A DNA stretch of 64,000 nucleotides from Candidatus Dojkabacteria bacterium (lineage in GTDB: Bacteria > Patescibacteriota > Dojkabacteria > SC72), in assembly GCA_040767225.1 (NCBI GenBank), contig JAXGOY010000003.1:2031-66030 (forward strand), written 5' to 3'. The first letter of the stretch is position 1. Every line of letters begins with the position of its first letter. The notes under the pieces were generated by a model. The model had not been told where the DNA came from, made no database searches, and saw only the letters and a list, made by a program, of their open reading frames with translations. Both the position numbers and the translations under genes were made by a program. Of the stretch, positions 61,671-64,000 are shown piece after piece.

Positions 61671-62831
61671 TTATCTTTTAATTAAAGGTGATAATGCTCT
61701 TAATTTTTGTACAATAGAAGGAAGCTGACTAAGAACATAATCAACTTCTTCCTGTGTGTTTTCGTATGATAGTGTAAGTCTTAGAGAGCCATGTGCTATT
61801 TCAGCAGGAAGTCCTATTGCAAGGAGTACATGAGAGGGCTTAAGTGATGCAGAGGTGCATGCAGATCCACTTGATGCACAAACTCCAATTTGATCAAGCA
61901 GAAGTAGTACTGACTCTCCCTCAATATATTTAAAACAGACATTTACATTTCCGGGAAGTCTTAATTTAGGGTCTCCATTTAGAATTGTATCAGGTATTTT
62001 AAGTAAACCATTGATTAAATTATCTCTTAATTCTGTAACATACTTACTATGTTTATCCATATCTCTTACAGCCAGCTCTATTGCCTTTCCTAGTCCCACA
62101 ATACCTGCAACATTTTCTGTTCCTGCCCTAAGTTTTCTCTCCTGTGCTCCTCCATGTAAAAGATTTGATATTTTTGTTCCTCCCCTTATATACAATGCCC
62201 CTACTCCTTTGGGTCCGTTAAACTTGTGAGCTGATAGTGATAACAAATCTATATTTAATTCATTAACATCAATAGGGATGTGTCCTACAGCTTGTACTGC
62301 ATCAGTATGAAAGTATATTCCTTTTTCTTTAGCAATCTTTCCTATCTCTGCTATTGGCTGAATACTTCCTATCTCATTATTTGCAAACATTATTGAGATT
62401 AGAATAGTATCTTTTCTAATTGCTTTCTTTAACTCTTCTAAATTAATAATTCCATTGCTCGCAACAGGAAGGTATGTAACCTCAAAACCATGTTTTTCAA
62501 GATATTGGCATGTATGAAGTACAGCATGATGTTCAATACTGCTTGTTATTATATGTCTTCCCTTTTCTTTATTTGCATCTGCCACACCTTTAATAGCCCA
62601 GTTGTCTGATTCTGTTCCACCACTTGTAAAATATATTTCATTTTCTTGTGCATTTAAAGCAGTTGCTACTCTTCTTCTAGCTTCACTTATGGCAGAAGCA
62701 CTTTCCTGAGCAAGGGAATAAATACTAGAAGGATTTCCATAATTTTTTGTAAGATATGGCATCATTTCATCTAATACCTTATCAGAGAGCTTTGTTGTAG
62801 CTGCATTATCCATGTATATAATTTTTTTCAT
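61671..62831 (-). CDS. iscS: Cysteine desulfurase (IscS/NifS)
   Basis: DNAATT, GNPSS, FTSGGTE, SAHKFNGPKG, SSGSACT. Confidence 0.96.
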   Translation of the reverse strand: MKKIIYMDNAATTKLSDKVLDEMMPYLTKNYGNPSSIYSLAQESASAISEARRRVATALNAQENEIYFTSGGTESDNWAIKGVADANKEKGRHIITSSIEHHAVLHTCQYLEKHGFEVTYLPVASNGIINLEELKKAIRKDTILISIMFANNEIGSIQPIAEIGKIAKEKGIYFHTDAVQAVGHIPIDVNELNIDLLSLSAHKFNGPKGVGALYIRGGTKISNLLHGGAQERKLRAGTENVAGIVGLGKAIELAVRDMDKHSKYVTELRDNLINGLLKIPDTILNGDPKLRLPGNVNVCFKYIEGESVLLLLDQIGVCASSGSACTSASLKPSHVLLAIGLPAEIAHGSLRLTLSYENTQEEVDYVLSQLPSIVQKLRALSPLIKR

Positions 62832-62915
62832 AGAGAAGATTTTATCACTAAATAATGATAATTTTTAGCCCTTATAGTATACTACATATATTCTTGTATT
62901 CTAGATATTGTACAA

Positions 62916-63389
62916 ATGATAGAGAATGTACCTGGTATTGAAGAAAATATAGATGTTGAAAAAGTATTAAGTAATCTCTCGCAACAGTATCCTCAGATGT
63001 ATCTCAATTATCCTTTGGTATGTAATGATTTTGAATATGGATATCTTGAGGGAATGAACTCTTATGAATTTAAATTTGCATCATATTTAGTATCAAATAG
63101 TGCATTATTAGTCTTTAGAGAACCCAAAATAGAGGGATGTTTTCATATTCCTGACTTTTATATTTTTAACACTCTTTCTAATAGTGGCAGATTAGTTGAA
63201 TTAACTCTTTATGATAGTAATTACACAGGGTATAGAAATAGCAGAAGATCATATCAAGAAGTTAAAAAATCAATTAAAAGAAAACAGGAGCAGATAGAGG
63301 AGATAAAGGAATGTGGTATACCTTATGTGATTCTTTATAGAGAGCAGTTAGAAAATATTCGACAGAGATGTATAAAGAATCTATTTTAA
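62916..63389 (+). CDS. Hypothetical protein, possible PD-(D/E)XK nuclease fold
   Basis: SYE..FA, EP, IPDFYI, LVEL, terminal GIPYVIL pattern. Confidence 0.5.
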   Translation: MIENVPGIEENIDVEKVLSNLSQQYPQMYLNYPLVCNDFEYGYLEGMNSYEFKFASYLVSNSALLVFREPKIEGCFHIPDFYIFNTLSNSGRLVELTLYDSNYTGYRNSRRSYQEVKKSIKRKQEQIEEIKECGIPYVILYREQLENIRQRCIKNLF

Positions 63390-64000
63390 ATATATATTCT
63401 TGGTACTCTTTGTGATATTGCTGTGAGTATTGTATATGGAGATTGTGAGGTATTTTCGCATATATTCCATAAATTAATTTTTTCTCCAAAGAGCTCAACA
63501 GAATCTCCTACATAAGCCTCTCCATTTCCAATATTTACCATGCATTGATCCATACACACTTTTCCTACAATTGGGTAAGTCTTTCCATTTATGTATACTT
63601 TCCCTTTGTTGCTAAACTCAGTACTATATCCATCTGCATAACCTATTGGCAGTGTTACTATTCTTGATTGTCTATTTAATTTATATGTTTTTCCATATCC
63701 TATGTATTTTCCTTTTTCTAAAACTTTAAAATATGATACTTCTGTTTTTAGTGTCATAGCAGGTTTAAGTAGTTTTTGTACATATTTATTAGGGCTGTAT
63801 CCATAAAGCATTAATCCTATACGTACAGTATCCTTAAGATCTAAATTATTAAAGTTGGAGGTAAAGGAAGAATTAGCAATATGAACATTTAGCTTAGCAA
63901 TATCTGTATATTTTGATAATGTTTTTAATACCTTTTCAAATCTTTCATATTGAAGCAGTGTATATTCTCTGTCACTATCCGCACAGCTAAAATGTGTATA
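63386..64000 (-). CDS. alr: Alanine racemase (5' part beyond window edge)
   Basis: Frame extends to the edge: THFSCAD, HIANS, VRIGLMLYG, IGYG, IGYADG, VGKVCMDQ. Confidence 0.95.
   Translation of the reverse strand, partial: YTHFSCADSDREYTLLQYERFEKVLKTLSKYTDIAKLNVHIANSSFTSNFNNLDLKDTVRIGLMLYGYSPNKYVQKLLKPAMTLKTEVSYFKVLEKGKYIGYGKTYKLNRQSRIVTLPIGYADGYSTEFSNKGKVYINGKTYPIVGKVCMDQCMVNIGNGEAYVGDSVELFGEKINLWNICENTSQSPYTILTAISQRVPRIYI

Noticed and set aside
344-63498. Numerous 60-220 aa antisense or alternate-frame ORFs in the track (e.g. 17987-18649, 53497-53982, 2132-2551)
   Set aside because: They lie opposite or inside well-supported genes, are Ser/Phe/Leu/Ile-rich shadows of the coding strand and carry no motifs
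1-64000. Alternative genetic code (TGA=Gly/Trp) as in Gracilibacteria/Absconditabacteria
   Set aside because: Conserved genes are full length in code 11 and TGA serves as a true stop (e.g. ftsI, protease gene)

Overview
Low-GC, gene-dense bacterial chromosome segment using the standard code 11 (TGA is a stop). Gene content and style (sortase, trigger factor without PPIase domain, secG next to an OppA-like gene, DUF2341 surface protein, few Shine-Dalgarno sites) suggest a Patescibacteria/CPR genome, possibly Dojkabacteria; this is an inference. Most of the window is housekeeping: clpP-tig, mutS, hisS, PBP1A, thrS-infC-rpmI-rplT-pheST, recG, relA, tyrS, rarA, truB, rsmI, tatD, a rearranged dcw cluster, three tRNAs, pyk, secG, def, iscS-iscU-mnmA and alr. 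No CRISPR array, integrase or transposase was seen. Most notable: (1) a membrane-anchored DUF2341 surface protein with three tandem phage-tail-fibre-like collar/HxH needle modules, possibly a single-chain pseudo-trimeric adhesin; (2) an atypical peptidoglycan pathway, with an MraY missing two of three catalytic Asp and a MurC-head/MurE-body chimeric ligase; (3) a full-length PEP-synthase homologue whose phospho-His is replaced by Asp, plus other apparent pseudoenzymes (RelA HD>HN, receiver D>N, kinase Walker A K>S); (4) a divergent sortase and candidate substrate pair with an IPQAAG signal; (5) -10 boxes 5-9 nt before start codons throughout, implying leaderless transcription. Several frameshifts (recG, trmH-like, oppA-like and others) look like sequencing or assembly indels. 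All calls come from motif reading by eye; no searches were run.
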